DNA of 63,720 bases, the filler included, from Octopus bimaculoides (taxonomy: Eukaryota): assembly GCF_001194135.2 (NCBI RefSeq). It is 6 parts of 6 records of this genome, joined end to end, with 100 filler letters (N's around TTAATTAATTAA, not from the genome) between each part and the next. Parts side by side here need not be neighbours in the genome. Positions count along the whole stretch, not along the records: positions 10,078 to 30,930 come from NC_069006.1; 5 more parts are not named here. One strand, written 5' to 3'. The notes under the pieces are model-generated. The model worked only from the letters and a program-made list of their open reading frames with translations, was not told the DNA's origin and did not search any database. Shown here piece by piece: positions 12,120 through 24,729 of the stretch. Position numbers and translations under genes: made by a program. How positions within the stretch are numbered: position 1 is the first letter of the stretch; every line of letters begins with the position of its first letter.

Positions 12120-12170
12120 ACTGCTGCAACGAACGGGGGCAGACAGGAGAAAGAAAAAAAAAAAAGACAC
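12120..12170 (-). other. Candidate splice acceptor (long polypyrimidine tract, NAGNAG) on minus strand
   Basis: Minus strand reads 'tttttttttttctttctcctgtctgcccccgttcgttgcag|cag|'. All three downstream frames close quickly, so any exon would be UTR. Confidence 0.3.
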
Positions 12171-14126
12171 ATCGGCGGATATATTATATATACATACTTT
12201 ATCTGTGTGTGTATATATAATATAAATATATCTGTAATATATCTTTATATATATCTGCATGTATATATTATAGATACGTACCTCAAGTCATTCAATTATC
12301 TCTCTGTACAGCGATTGCTTTTTGAAAACCTACATCCTACCTCCTTCCTGCTTGTATATATATATATATATGCGTATCTTATATATATACATATAAAACA
12401 CGGCGGCGATTTTTTTCTTCTCTGTTTAATATCTCTCTCTCTCTCGGTTGTTTGCGATGTGCCATCGACTCTTCTACCGTTTCTCCGTACTGCGACCATC
12501 ATCATCACCATCGCCAACAGCATCTTGGTTGTTGTGATCGTCGGGTCTCCCCGCCGGAGAAATAATGCTACAAGACCACTTCCATCACCACCACCACCAC
12601 CACCAGGACAGTTCTTCGGAGAACTACTGGCGATACTTGGTGTTTACCTATCTCTTTCGCGGCAGCAGCCCTTCGGATTCTTCCTTCGGTACACATACAC
12701 ACACACACACCACTTCTTGACTGGAGGCCAACGGAGGAAATCGTTCTTCGGATGTAAAATATTTATGTAAAAAAAAAAAAGAAAAACACACACACACACG
12801 CTAACAACAACGTTCTCGGTCACAACAACAGCACAATTCGTTTTAATTCCATTATTATCATTATTACTACTGTTGTTGTGGTGAATAGTTTTGCTATTGT
12901 TATCCAATTCCTCTGCCTCTACCACGAGATTTGCAGTTTGGAATTCCTGGAAGATTTTCTTATTTCTGCCGTATATAATATATATATACACACATATATA
13001 TATATATATTTCTGTCTATTTGGATTTACCAACGGGAGATACTGTACTTACGATACGTAATCACTCTGAAGAAGGGGGAAAAAAAGGCTTTAGCAAAACA
13101 TACACACACGCATATATACACACATATCTACATGTTTATATATTCACACGTACATAACAATCTAGCCATGTATACATGTATGTAATATATTTTCTTTTTA
13201 TAGATTAAATGCACACATAGATATATAATTCTTTCAATCCATTTTACACATTTCTTACAAGCATATATATATATTATATTATATTATATTATATTATATT
13301 TATACACGCAGACACACACACATAGGCTGCCAAAATGTTGGAAAGCCACTACATGTATTTGCTGTTGGCCTGCAGTAACCACTCATGGCCAGTTTAACAT
13401 ATATATACATTAACAACAAACACATTTGGTTATATAGGTATATATAATATATACCTACATACATACGTACAGAAATACGCGCATGCACATATCTAATTAT
13501 AGTAACAGTAATAATTATCATCATCATTGTTGTTATTATAACAATAATAATCATCATTACTTTTATTTATGTGGCCTTTTCCTTCCAACGACGACGACGA
13601 TGACTGCAAAAGTTTCTTACCGGATTTAATTAAGTTTTTCTGATTAATTAATAAGAAAATTAATAATAATACTTAATCAACCTACAGTACTTTTTTTTCC
13701 TCTGGAAATCTTTGGAGGCCAGTCGCCCTCTGCCGCCGACTGCACTTTTTTTCTCTACCTACAACATCACAAGCTCCCTTTTAATTAAACATACAAAGCC
13801 ATTACTGTTCTTACTACTACCACCGGTGTTACCCTTGGTCGTGTTGGTAATATTGCTTAACAGGATCGATCCTTGTTGCCGTTTTCTTTTTTACTACGTG
13901 GATTATTACTATTATTATCATTACTGTTGTGATTATTATTTATTATTTATCACCACAATCATCATCGCCATTGCTACAACTCTTTACAACAGAACGTGGA
14001 TTATTTACCGTTACACTAACTGGGAATTTATTTGATACAGGTTCGATTCTTATTTACCTCTTTTGTAACCTCTTTCTCTCCACAGTAACGTCTATTATTA
14101 TTATTATTATTATTATTATAATTTTT

Positions 14127-14240
14127 GTCGAGATCGATTAAACAAGTACCAGTTAAGCACTGAGGTTGAAGTAATTGACTCGTCCCCTCCAAAATTTCAG
14201 GCCTTGTGCCTTTTGTAGAAAGGATCATCATTATTATTAC
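14127..14240 (+). mobile_element. SINE family B 3' half
   Basis: 'gtcgagatcgattaaacaagtaccag...ccaaaatttcaggccttgtgcc...gtagaaagga' followed by (ATT)n. Confidence 0.7.
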
Positions 14241-14436
14241 TATTGAATGTGTCTGTTTGTCGTATTTATGTTTTATTGCTGTTATATTTCATGTTACTCT
14301 AAACACACCATTATATACACTGACACACGCATTATATATATATATATACACATACATATATTTATATCGGTGCCCCAGCATGGCCACAGTCTTAGGGCTG
14401 AAACACAATAGAATAACACAGACATACACGTTCATT

Positions 14437-14519
<83 letters not shown>

Positions 14520-15167
14520 ACCTACACTTGCACACGCATACTCTATTTTTATCCTTGTCTATATAACTACACACATATATATGTATATATATATATATAC
14601 GCGTGAGTGTGTATGTATAACATGGCGCTTGGTCGATTCTTTTGGCAAGCGCTTCATAAATTCTTTTCACTCCAAGAAATAATAAATTCCCTGCTATTTT
14701 TGTTGTTGTTCGAATGAAACGGGATACGTAATAATAATAATTTTCTAACATACCCACAATGTGCTAAATTTATAGAGGTGTGTGTGTGTGTTTTTATGGA
14801 GCGGTGGTGCATGTTTTCTCGAGGGAAAGGTGAGGGTAAAACAGCAATAATTAATGTCCTAGGTACACTGTCTGATTAAAGAAAGGCAGTGTTAGAGGAA
14901 CTTGGATGTGATAGTCACGAATGGAACGTCACTGGTCGTAGATGTCTGTCTATTAATTAGATCAGGGGGCCGACTCGAGGCCAAACCAACAGCAGCTCTC
15001 CATTTTTCTGTTTATATTTGGTTTTACTGCAAGAGTAAATTAAATTAAAATTATTTTTTTTATCATCATCAATCTTAGGCGTGTTTTCCAGATATCGTTG
15101 GCTTCACTTGCATTTAATATACTCCAAATTTGTTTCTAAGCCACCAACATTATACACACACACACAT

Positions 15168-15198
<31 letters not shown>

Positions 15199-15417
15199 CA
15201 TACACACTAGAATTGTTTGTGCCTTTATTTCACTTTATTCTTAAATCTACGCCAAATGACTTTATAATTTGTCAATTAGAACTCTGCGTTGTGTGTGTGT
15301 GTGCTAGTCTATCAGGGATCCCCCATTTAATGTCCACTTACTCTTTCTCGCTCTATCTCCTGTTTTTCTTACTCGATCTTTTAGTTGACCCCTTATGTTT
15401 TAACCTCTCTATAATCC

Positions 15418-15456
<39 letters not shown>

Positions 15457-15961
15457 TTACCTCCCCCTTTTTCTATTTTATCCGTCTACACCGCGTCTCG
15501 AGTTTTTCTCTCTATCAGTCTCTCTCTCTTCATGGTCCCTTTTACCGCTCCCTTCTTCTTACACCCATTATATATTTTCACCTCTATCTGCAGTTTTGGA
15601 TTGATTCTCTGTAGGGGCAGAAAGTCACATATACACCCCCCCCCCCCCGGAGTGCGTGTGTGTGATATGATCGTGCAGTCAAACTACCATGAACAATGAA
15701 CAAGATATACGATAAAAGGTTGTACGTACGTGTAATAGAAGAGTGTGTGTGTCTATATATATATATATATATACTCTGTATTGCTAACGGAACAGTGTGT
15801 ATAGGTGAGTGTTTAATATGAATAAAGGAGGAGGAGAAGGCAGGCAAATATCGATTACAGTGAGCGGAAAAGGTGAACAAGGGAGATGTATATATTGAAT
15901 AGAAACTGGATTTGAAACAAGGAAAGGACGAGGGAAGGTGGTTTGAAAAAACACCACTGAC

Positions 15962-16000
<39 letters not shown>

Positions 16001-16266
16001 AGGTTGACATGCTGGCAGCCTTATTATACACACACATGTATATTATACATACATTTACACGGCCGTGTGCCTACAGAAGTGTATATTTATTAATACATTT
16101 GTCTGTGTACATGTCGATCTGTGTATATTTCGTTTATTGTAATTGGTTTTCAAGATTCTCGACGTGAAATTCGTGTTCAAAAGACCCTCCCAAGATACAA
16201 GATTTGTGTGTGTATACATACATACATACATACATACATACATACACACGTGTGTGTATCTAGATT

Positions 16267-16297
<31 letters not shown>

Positions 16298-16837
16298 ATT
16301 ATTTGTTTTTGAACAGATGTGTATATTTCTATAGCATTTGTTTGTATACAGAGGTGCGTTTTCATTTCTTTGTTTGTGTGTGTGTGTGTGTGTGTGTACA
16401 GACGTGAGTATATGAACTCATTCGTCTACTCACAAATGTGTATATATCATTTACACGCTTGTTTGTTCGTGATTAACATTGACCTACGGGCTGTGTGACT
16501 GAATGAACGTTTTGATCTGCCCCCAACGATACAACTGAAGATTACATTTATATTTGGCGAATCAAAAGGCACGGTCTTCGGCAACGCATCACCACCACCA
16601 TCACTACTACTACTACCACCGAGTAAACGAAGCCAGTTCTCACGGTGATCGTCTCCCAGCCAGCACCCATACACTGTCAGTAATTGTGACAACCAAAATG
16701 CAGTAATTTTCCTGTTTCCACGCATTCCGCCTTCCATCTTGCTCCGCCGTCCCTTCATCACCGCCGCCACATCGTGTTTTCATTTTAAATCTAGTTTTGT
16801 CTTTTTGCTTCATTGTCCATGCTTAGTTCTGGTAGTA

Positions 16838-16871
<34 letters not shown>

Positions 16872-17174
16872 AATGCACACGTGTGTATATATGTACAGAT
16901 ATGTACGTATATATGTATACACTCACACGCACACGTATACATTTACATGTGTGGGTGTGTGTAATCGTGTAGAGGCAATAGAGGAGCCAGTCTCTACACG
17001 GTCGCTCGACTTGCTAGAAATAGCAGCAAAATCCCTAATCAGTATCTTAAGTATCTAGACTGACGGGACGAAGTGGGCACAAGTGGAACGTCTTTTGTTC
17101 ATTCGATCGGGCCTAACTTTTGTAGTTAAACAACAACACCTCTACACATTCAAACATGATATTATTATTCCGAT

Positions 17175-17233
<59 letters not shown>

Positions 17234-17825
17234 GTAGACGGAGAAAGGTAGCTAAAGAATTCGTGTTTATTGCTTTCCCCCCAGCCACCGCTGTTTCCAC
17301 CACACCTTTTTACCACCAGCAGCACGCCGTTTACTTTATGCTCGTTCACCTCTTTGCAGCATTACCGAAAATAATGTGTGTTGTATTTCGGTTGGCACTT
17401 CATTGTTTCGTGTTAGACCGAGTAAAAAGATCTTTTTCGACAACCTCGTCGTCGTCGTCGTATCCGCCGCCGCCACCTCGATCGCTTGAGGGTGTTAGCA
17501 GTGTTACAAATTGATGTAGTTAAAATACTTGCATCCCTGCTCAGCTTGAAGAAATGAGGTTGTGTAATGATAATAATGATGGTGGCGGAACAAGAAGAAA
17601 TAACATCGAGCGAATGTCTGTGAGTGTTTGTGTGTGTGTGTGTGTGTGTGCTTGCTTGCTGCTGCTACAGTAATAGTGGTGGTGGTGATAAGTTAGGTTG
17701 ACGCTGGCTGATGGATGGATGGATGGATGGCTTGCTGTCACAGCAACTAGCTACGTACTTGTCTCTTCTTCACTTCAGCAACGTATCCACTTTTCTTCTT
17801 ACCTTCAGACCTCGTCTTCACTATC

Positions 17826-17857
<32 letters not shown>

Positions 17858-18124
17858 CAATGGCGCGCGCGTGAGCACGCGCAAGCACCCTCACTCTATC
17901 TCTCTCTCGCTCGCTCGCACATATACTCTGTAATTGCTGTAGGTTTTTGTTATATGTCATCCATGTAGAATTTACAGTGGTAGATCTTGGTTCAAATTCC
18001 TGTTATGAAGGGCAGTTCCGTTTGTGTGGTAGTTATTGTTGTGTGGCACTCGCCGACCCAGGTCAGCTCGGTCGAAGTAGATTTGCTGTGTTCTAGAGGA
18101 AATCACCATTTTTTTTTTGTTCAG

Positions 18125-18226
18125 ATTGTGTACTTAGAAACACGTTATTGGCAGTGTATACTTCCCATTTTTAAAGCTGGGTCGAATGAGATTTGCTTGC
18201 TATTTCTAGCTGGTCGAACGAAGCAG
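18125..18226 (+). other. Candidate plus-strand exon (acceptor ttttttttttgttcag|, donor GCAG|GTAAGT)
   Basis: 102 nt with one open frame (IVYLETRYWQCILPIFKAGSNEICLLFLAGRTKQ). The 3' part resembles a dispersed repeat also seen at 16998, 19800 and 20910, so a 5'-UTR or exonised repeat is likely. Confidence 0.3.
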
Positions 18227-18237
18227 GTAAGTTTGTA

Positions 18238-18282
<45 letters not shown>

Positions 18283-18919
18283 AGCAAAGGAAAAAGAAGA
18301 AAAATAACTATGATTTATTAGTGACGCTGTTTTAGCAGACATTGGGGAAAGGTAGTGTCCTAATGTAATGCCATGTTTCTCGCCTTGTTTCCTATAAACG
18401 TTTTTAACTGGAGAAGCTTTAATTTAATTCAGCGGTCGTTTTGTATCCGAGGAAACCGTTCTCAATCTCGCAGCCAGCAGGCAAAGAAAATACAAGTCTT
18501 TTGTAATCCACGTATTGACTCTTGCACCAGTCAGTAGTGCCATTTTTAAAAACTGCCAAACACTCCCAAGGCTTATTTATCCTCCTCCTCCTCCTCCTGT
18601 CCCTCCTCCCTCTCTCATCTTCCCTCCTGTTCCTACTCCTCAGCGACATAATAATCAAAACTGAATGTTTTATTGCAGGAAATGAGATACAACTGGCACC
18701 TGACCTCCTACCACCCCCACCACTACCACCTTTCACTTGTACTTCAGCTCAAATTCTTTCCATCTCATTCCACACCCTTCTCTCTCGTTCTCGTAACTTC
18801 TCTTCTTTTCTTTTTACTTCATTCATTTTAGCTCTGACGGCTGAGACCAAGCTGTAGCAATCCTCTAGTAGTCAATCAAATTGTATCTTTTTTTAAATTT
18901 TTTCCCATATTTGTAAACA

Positions 18920-19255
18920 TCGTTTTACTTGTTTCAATCATTAGACTGCAGTCATGCTAGATAGAGCATAGCCCTTAAAGGGTTTAGTTGAACAAATCAA
19001 TCCCAGTACTTTTTATAAAGCCTAGTACTCATCTCTGTCTCTTTCTTTTGCCAAACTGCTAAGTTACAGGGATGTAAACAAAGCAGTGTTGAAGGACAAA
19101 CAGAAACACACACAACTGTGTGTGTGTGATGGTCTTCTTTCAGTTCCCATCTACCAAATCCACTCATGGGGCTTTGGTTGACCCAGGACTATAAACAGAG
19201 GGCACTCAAGGTGCCATGCAATGTGGTTGGGAAGCAAACTTCTTAACCACTCTAA
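18920..19255 (-). mobile_element. SINE family A (CpG-decayed)
   Basis: Reverse complement of the family A head, body and tail, with many CG to TG/CA changes. Confidence 0.8.
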
Positions 19256-20055
19256 TAATAATAATAATAATAACAAATTGAAACAATACTCTAGAACTAA
19301 ACTCTTATTTTAAGAGTTTCAAATCATGTTGCTCTTTAGACTATTGTGAAATCACAATAGGTTTTTAACCGTACTTATGGTTGAATTGCCGTTTATTAAC
19401 AATAAGGGTTTTGTACTTGCAAGAGAGTCAGCACTATTTACAATAGAGTCTGTCGTACTTTAATAATAGGTTTATTATTCTTTACAGTACGGTTACTGTA
19501 CTTCCAGTATGTCCTGTTGTACTTATAATCGGGTCTATTGTATTGACATTAGTGTCTGCTAGAGTTTCGCTGTACATGGGATAGGATTTTGTTGTACACA
19601 CAGTAGAGTTTATGGTACTTACAATTAAGTAGGTTGTGGTTATGTGGCTTAGATAATGTATTTCTTGTCAACCGTAATTCAGAGAACTGACCATTTGATG
19701 AAAGACAGTCCAAACATGGCTCTCCCATGACTAAGATATAATGTTCTTCATTATTCTTTATATTACAGCTTCCTTTCTTTTTTGGTAGATTGAGTGGTTT
19801 GAGGAAGATTTAGCTGCTATTTCTGGATGGTCAAACAACCACACATAGATCTGTTTGGCTCATGTGGTGTGTAGAAACCCTTGGTCTGTGTGTATAGGAC
19901 AGCTGTTTATATTTGAATTTGATGTTGCATAAAGGCGACCTAAAGGTTTCACTGTCTATATAGCATATCTATATGTCTATAAACATCACAGAATTGTTAG
20001 TCTACATAGTGTAGTGTGTGTGTATATATATAAGTCTCTTAAAGTCTGTCATACC

Positions 20056-20095
20056 GGCCATGACGAAGGGAAATAGCCCTGAAACTCTAGTCGCC
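20056..20095 (+). ncRNA. Type I minimal hammerhead ribozyme motif (probably inactivated by a 1-nt insertion)
   Basis: ggc-C(a)TGACGA-aggg aaatag ccct-GAAA-c tcta g-TC-gcc: stem I ggc/gcc, 4-bp stem II, short stem III, GUC triplet. Confidence 0.6.
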
Positions 20096-20332
20096 TTTAT
20101 ATATTTATATTTATATATTTATATATTTGATCCTTTATATTGAACACTCAATATTTCATCTACATTCAATACTTTCTTTCATGGTGCCATCCATTTTTAT
20201 TTTATTTTATTTTATATTATATATTGTATATTCCATATTCTATACCCCACATTGGTTCTGCAGGAATATAAATAAAACATAAAAAACAGACAGTGTTGGA
20301 ACTCTTTTAAACTAAATAATATATTCCTCTAT
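20056..20332 (+). mobile_element. Hammerhead-headed AT-rich repeat unit (Penelope pLTR / retrozyme-like)
   Basis: 20126-20330 recurs almost identically at 55816-56098, partly inverted. The hammerhead motif is at the 5' end. Confidence 0.6.
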
Positions 20333-20505
20333 ACACAATCATACAAAAAAACCCACCTTTTTTGTATTTATTTTTACTCGCACATATATATNNNNNNNNN
20401 NNNNNNNNNNNNNNNNNNNNNNNNNNNNNNNNNNNNNNNTATATATATATATATGTATGTATGTCTAAAATCATTAGTGCTGTTACTGTCTACATCGAGT
20501 ATCTA

Positions 20506-20654
20506 CAGGGCCAGCCCTAGGGTTGCTGGAGCCCCAGGTAACCTGAACTTTGGCATGTATAAACTGACGATCATGGAAATTTCCTGGTCTTTGTCACGGC
20601 CTCCTTGGTGTCCTGGGCGACTGCTCAAGTTGCAGGTACCTTGAGCCAGCCCTG
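20506..20654. mobile_element. hAT-type MITE (149 bp)
   Basis: TIRs cagggccagcc / gccagccctg; perfect 8-bp TSD agtatcta at 20498-20505 and 20655-20662. Confidence 0.88.
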
Positions 20655-21074
20655 AGTATCTATATGTCCATAAACGTTACAGTATGGTTATAACTGTAGC
20701 ATATACATAAGAATTGTCTTCATGCTAAATTAGTGCTGCGTAATACATTGGGTGTATGTCTGTATACTTAGTGTATGCATTTGTTCATGTTGTTTGTGTA
20801 TGTATATAATTGTTGTTTAAGCCCTAGCTCATCTTTGATCAGACACACCTCTACAATCAAAGACATTCCAGTCGACAGCTATATCCTTTCCTACGATGTT
20901 GAGGAGATGTGATTTGAGGGAGACTTAGCTGCTATTTCTGGTGGTCAAATGGCTCTACAAAGGTTCAGTTCTTGCATTGATATTTAGTGTTTTATGTATA
21001 GTAGATGCATATATAGTTGTGCATATGTGTGTGATATATGAGTGTATATATGCACATATCAAGTGTTTATATTT

Positions 21075-21410
21075 AGTGTGGTAAGAAGTTTGCTTTCCAA
21101 TCACATGGTTCCAGGTTCAGGCCCACTTCATGGGACCTTGAAAAAGTGACTTCTATTACACCTTCCGGCTGACCAAAGAGCCTTGTGAGTAGATTTGGTG
21201 AACAGAAACTGAAAGAACCCCATTGTGTATATTTGTGTGTCTTTGTGCTTATGTTCCCACAATTTAGCAAACTGGAAAAAAAAGAGACTAATAAAATAAG
21301 TACCAGACTTTAAAAACAAATATAAGTCCTGGGAGTTGATTCATTCAACTAAAAACCCTTCAAGGCGGTGCCCCAGCATGGCCACAGTCCAATGACTGAA
21401 ACTAAAGATA
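21075..21410 (+). mobile_element. SINE family A
   Basis: Collinear with the family A consensus. Confidence 0.85.
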
Positions 21411-21840
21411 GAGATGTAGTTGATGCGTATTGTGTAAGTCCAGTGCCTTTGTTGTGTATATGCACCTATTTTGTGTGTTTGCGAGAGAATATCTAGAAGC
21501 CATTTATGTTTTAATAACCTAACTTAAATCAGGACAGGTGAGTTAATTAGTTGTATGTGATTATCTCAAGTTCCAGTGAGACGTGTACAGTTCCTTCTGA
21601 TTTCAACTTCAACCATTGACTGGGTGGTTAATTTTATGAAATCCATGCATCTCTTGTCTAGTCTTGACATTTTTTATGTGTAGGTTTTGATCCTCTGACC
21701 CTGTCTCCTCCACACCTGTAGAGAGAGAGAGAAAGAGAGGAAGGAACCTCCCCCCATTCATCTACACACCCTTCTGTCCTTACATTTCAATCTGCATATA
21801 CATGTTTGTCTGTATATATATGGATTCACTATATATACTC

Positions 21841-21990
21841 TCTGAGTGGTTGGCGTTAGGAAGGGCATCCAGCTGTAGAAACTCTGCCAAATTAGATTGG
21901 AGCCTGGTGTTGCCATCCGGTTTCACCAGTCCTCAGTCAAATCATCCAACCCATGCTAGCATGGAAAGCGGACGTTAAACGATGATGATG
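21841..21990 (+). mobile_element. Young RTE 3' tail
   Basis: Differs at only about 2 positions from the reverse complement of 570-720; (GAT)n tail. Confidence 0.92.
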
Positions 21991-23969
21991 ATATATACAT
22001 ACATACATACATATGTACTTACTTACACAGTAGAAAGAATGATAGACAGAACAGGCAAACAACATATCTTTTTGGAGCATAGAATTTATATATTTAAACA
22101 TAATTGCTGAGTTGTTACAAAACAGCATATTCTAAGAAATAAGTGAGTATCTCTTACAATACACTCTATTCCAATAACTCTATTCTAACAACTCAGCAGT
22201 TTAAATTGTATAGAACCTCATGATCTAAACCGATTCCAGTTGGTTACCTGCTCATTCTCTCTTTCTACTGTTCATGTACGCACTCAATGACAAACCACTT
22301 ATAGCCATTCATTGCCATTTTCTATGCTGGCATGGAATGGACAGCTAGACTGGAGCTGGCACAGCCTAGGGTCACACCAAATTCCATAGTTTGTTTTGGC
22401 TTGGCTTCTACAGCTGGTAGAATTCCAACCACTTCACAGAGTGTACTAGGTGCTTTTTATATGGCACCTTGGTTTTAGAATGTCAGTTCTGTGTGTCTGT
22501 GTTTATTTACATCTTGCTCTCTGTCTCTCTCCTGCAAAAGTTATGATGTACAGGCAGTGCTATATTGCTGTTACCAGTTTTCTTGCCAACAAATTATCTC
22601 CTCATTTTGTGCCTTCGTAGTCATGTGGAATAAGAGATCCCATACTTGTAAAGCAGCTAAGGATCAATGACAGGAGAGGCGTCCAACTGTAAAACAATGC
22701 CTCAATAATATATTCATCTAACCCATGCAGGCATGGAAAAACATACGTAAAACAAATGACATGTCACACATAAAATGTAAACCCAGAAAGATTGTTTATG
22801 TTATCCTCTGTTATATTACCACTGCGTCATCAATGAGTTAGCTGTCATCCCCACCATGCTAGCCTGAGGAGTGAGGGTTGCAAGAAATCTAGCAGGACAG
22901 AAACAAATCCTGTCAAAGACAGGGATGAACTCACTGTAGGATCAAAAAGCATGAGGACTTAGAAATCCTGGGTTGCAGTCTAGAATTCTGTGAGACCAGT
23001 GAGAGTGCTGTACCTCTTAGTTCTCTTAACAGTGAGTGCTAAGCATTCAGGTTATATTGTCAAGTTTAATGCTTATTTATTCAAATTGTTTTTAATTACT
23101 TATGCATTATATTGTAGCTTTCAGTGATGTGATTGTTTACAATTCACCATTTTTCTTGTATTAGTTTCTTGGAAACCTACTGTTGGTCCATACACAAGAC
23201 TTCATCATTACACTCATACCATTTGTGTTGAATAGTGTTCTGGTGTTGTAGAGCTCTTTCTCACAAGAAACTCGAATACAAGAACTAAAATTTTTCTATT
23301 AAAGTGTTACTGTTAGACCTCATAATCAATAGGAGAGCCCATTCTGTGTGAATGCGTGTGTTGGTTAGTTAATTGGTTTGGTCATTCATTTTGTATCTAT
23401 TTTTCCGTGCTAGCATAGTTAGACATTGAGATGTCTTACAACTGGATGCTCTTCCAGTAGCTAATCCTTAAGTTTTTCAAGGTAGCTCCCATTCTACTTA
23501 TCCTTGAAAGCACAGACACAGCTACTAGACTATTTGTTGACAAAGAAATGTCACAAATGTCACTATCCATGGCTCAGCAATTTCTTTTTTCCTCTTCTGC
23601 ATGAAACATTAAGTGTAAACACTCACATACATACACGCACAGATATATATGCATGTATGTATGTATGTACACAAACACAGGCTTTGCACACTGTCTACCA
23701 ATTTATCTGCAAGGCATGCATGCATTCATTCATATATACATACATACATACATAGTTTTAATAATAGTTGTAATTCCGTTGTAGTGCCAACACATTTTAT
23801 CTCTTTTACGTCTTCAAATTATTTCCCCTTTTTAGTCAGTTGCTCATTTCAGCCCCAAGAAATTTATCTTTTTGTCTATTGCTTTCCTCAATTATTTCCT
23901 CCCTTTTTCTTTTTGTTTTTTTTTTTCCATTGGACAGTCACTCAATTTATTAACAAAACTAAATAAATA

Positions 23970-24445
23970 AATAACCTCCCAGTATATTTCACAACAGTGC
24001 TAGGTTTTTTTTTTGTTTTTTTTCTATCTGTGTTCATTTGTGTCTGTTTAAATTATTTCTCATCAACAAAAGATTTCCCATATATTTCTCACAGATACAG
24101 TTGTTCTCCTGCATGTATTCTTTTGTTTGGCATTAATACATTGTTCATCATAAATGGTTTCCCACATATTTCATTACAATGGAAGAAAAGATTTTCTTCA
24201 CTCTGACTATATGCTTTGATAAACAAGTTTCAAATTATTTAATGAAAGGCTTCCCATGGTCTTTTCCCTCCACTGTCTATTCTTCTGTACCTTGTTAAAT
24301 TACTGTTAGAGACAAAAGAGTCTTCCACATATTTCATGAAGACCAGGTCCTCGCCACACCATCGCCTCACTGTCACTATTTCTGTGGGTTAGCTTCAACT
24401 ATTCTTAATAAAATATTTTCTAGCAAAACTTTTTCCTTCTACTGT
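23970..24445 (-). pseudogene. Decayed C2H2 zinc-finger array
   Basis: Minus-strand remnants EICG.SFVSNSNLTRYRRIDSG, FHCNEICGKPFMMNNVLMPNKRIHAGEQLYL*EIYGKSF and GKSFARK match CEICGKSF...HKRIHTGEKPY repeats, with stops and frameshifts. Confidence 0.7.
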
Positions 24446-24729
24446 TTTGTTGAAATAATGTTATTCGGCTCAGATCAAAGTGTGGTATCTGTTCTTATCA
24501 ACTTAATATCTAAAGCGCACAAGTGTAGCTATGCTGTAAGAAGGTTGCTTCCCACCCATATGGTTCTGGTTTCAGTCTCACTGTGCGGCACCTTGGTCTT
24601 CTACTATGGCCTTGAGTGGATTTGGTTGGCAGGATTTGAAAGAAACTTGTCATGTATATGTGTGTCTATATATAATGGGCATGTGTGTGTATGTATTTAT
24701 ATATATATAATATATGTACTACAGTGAAA

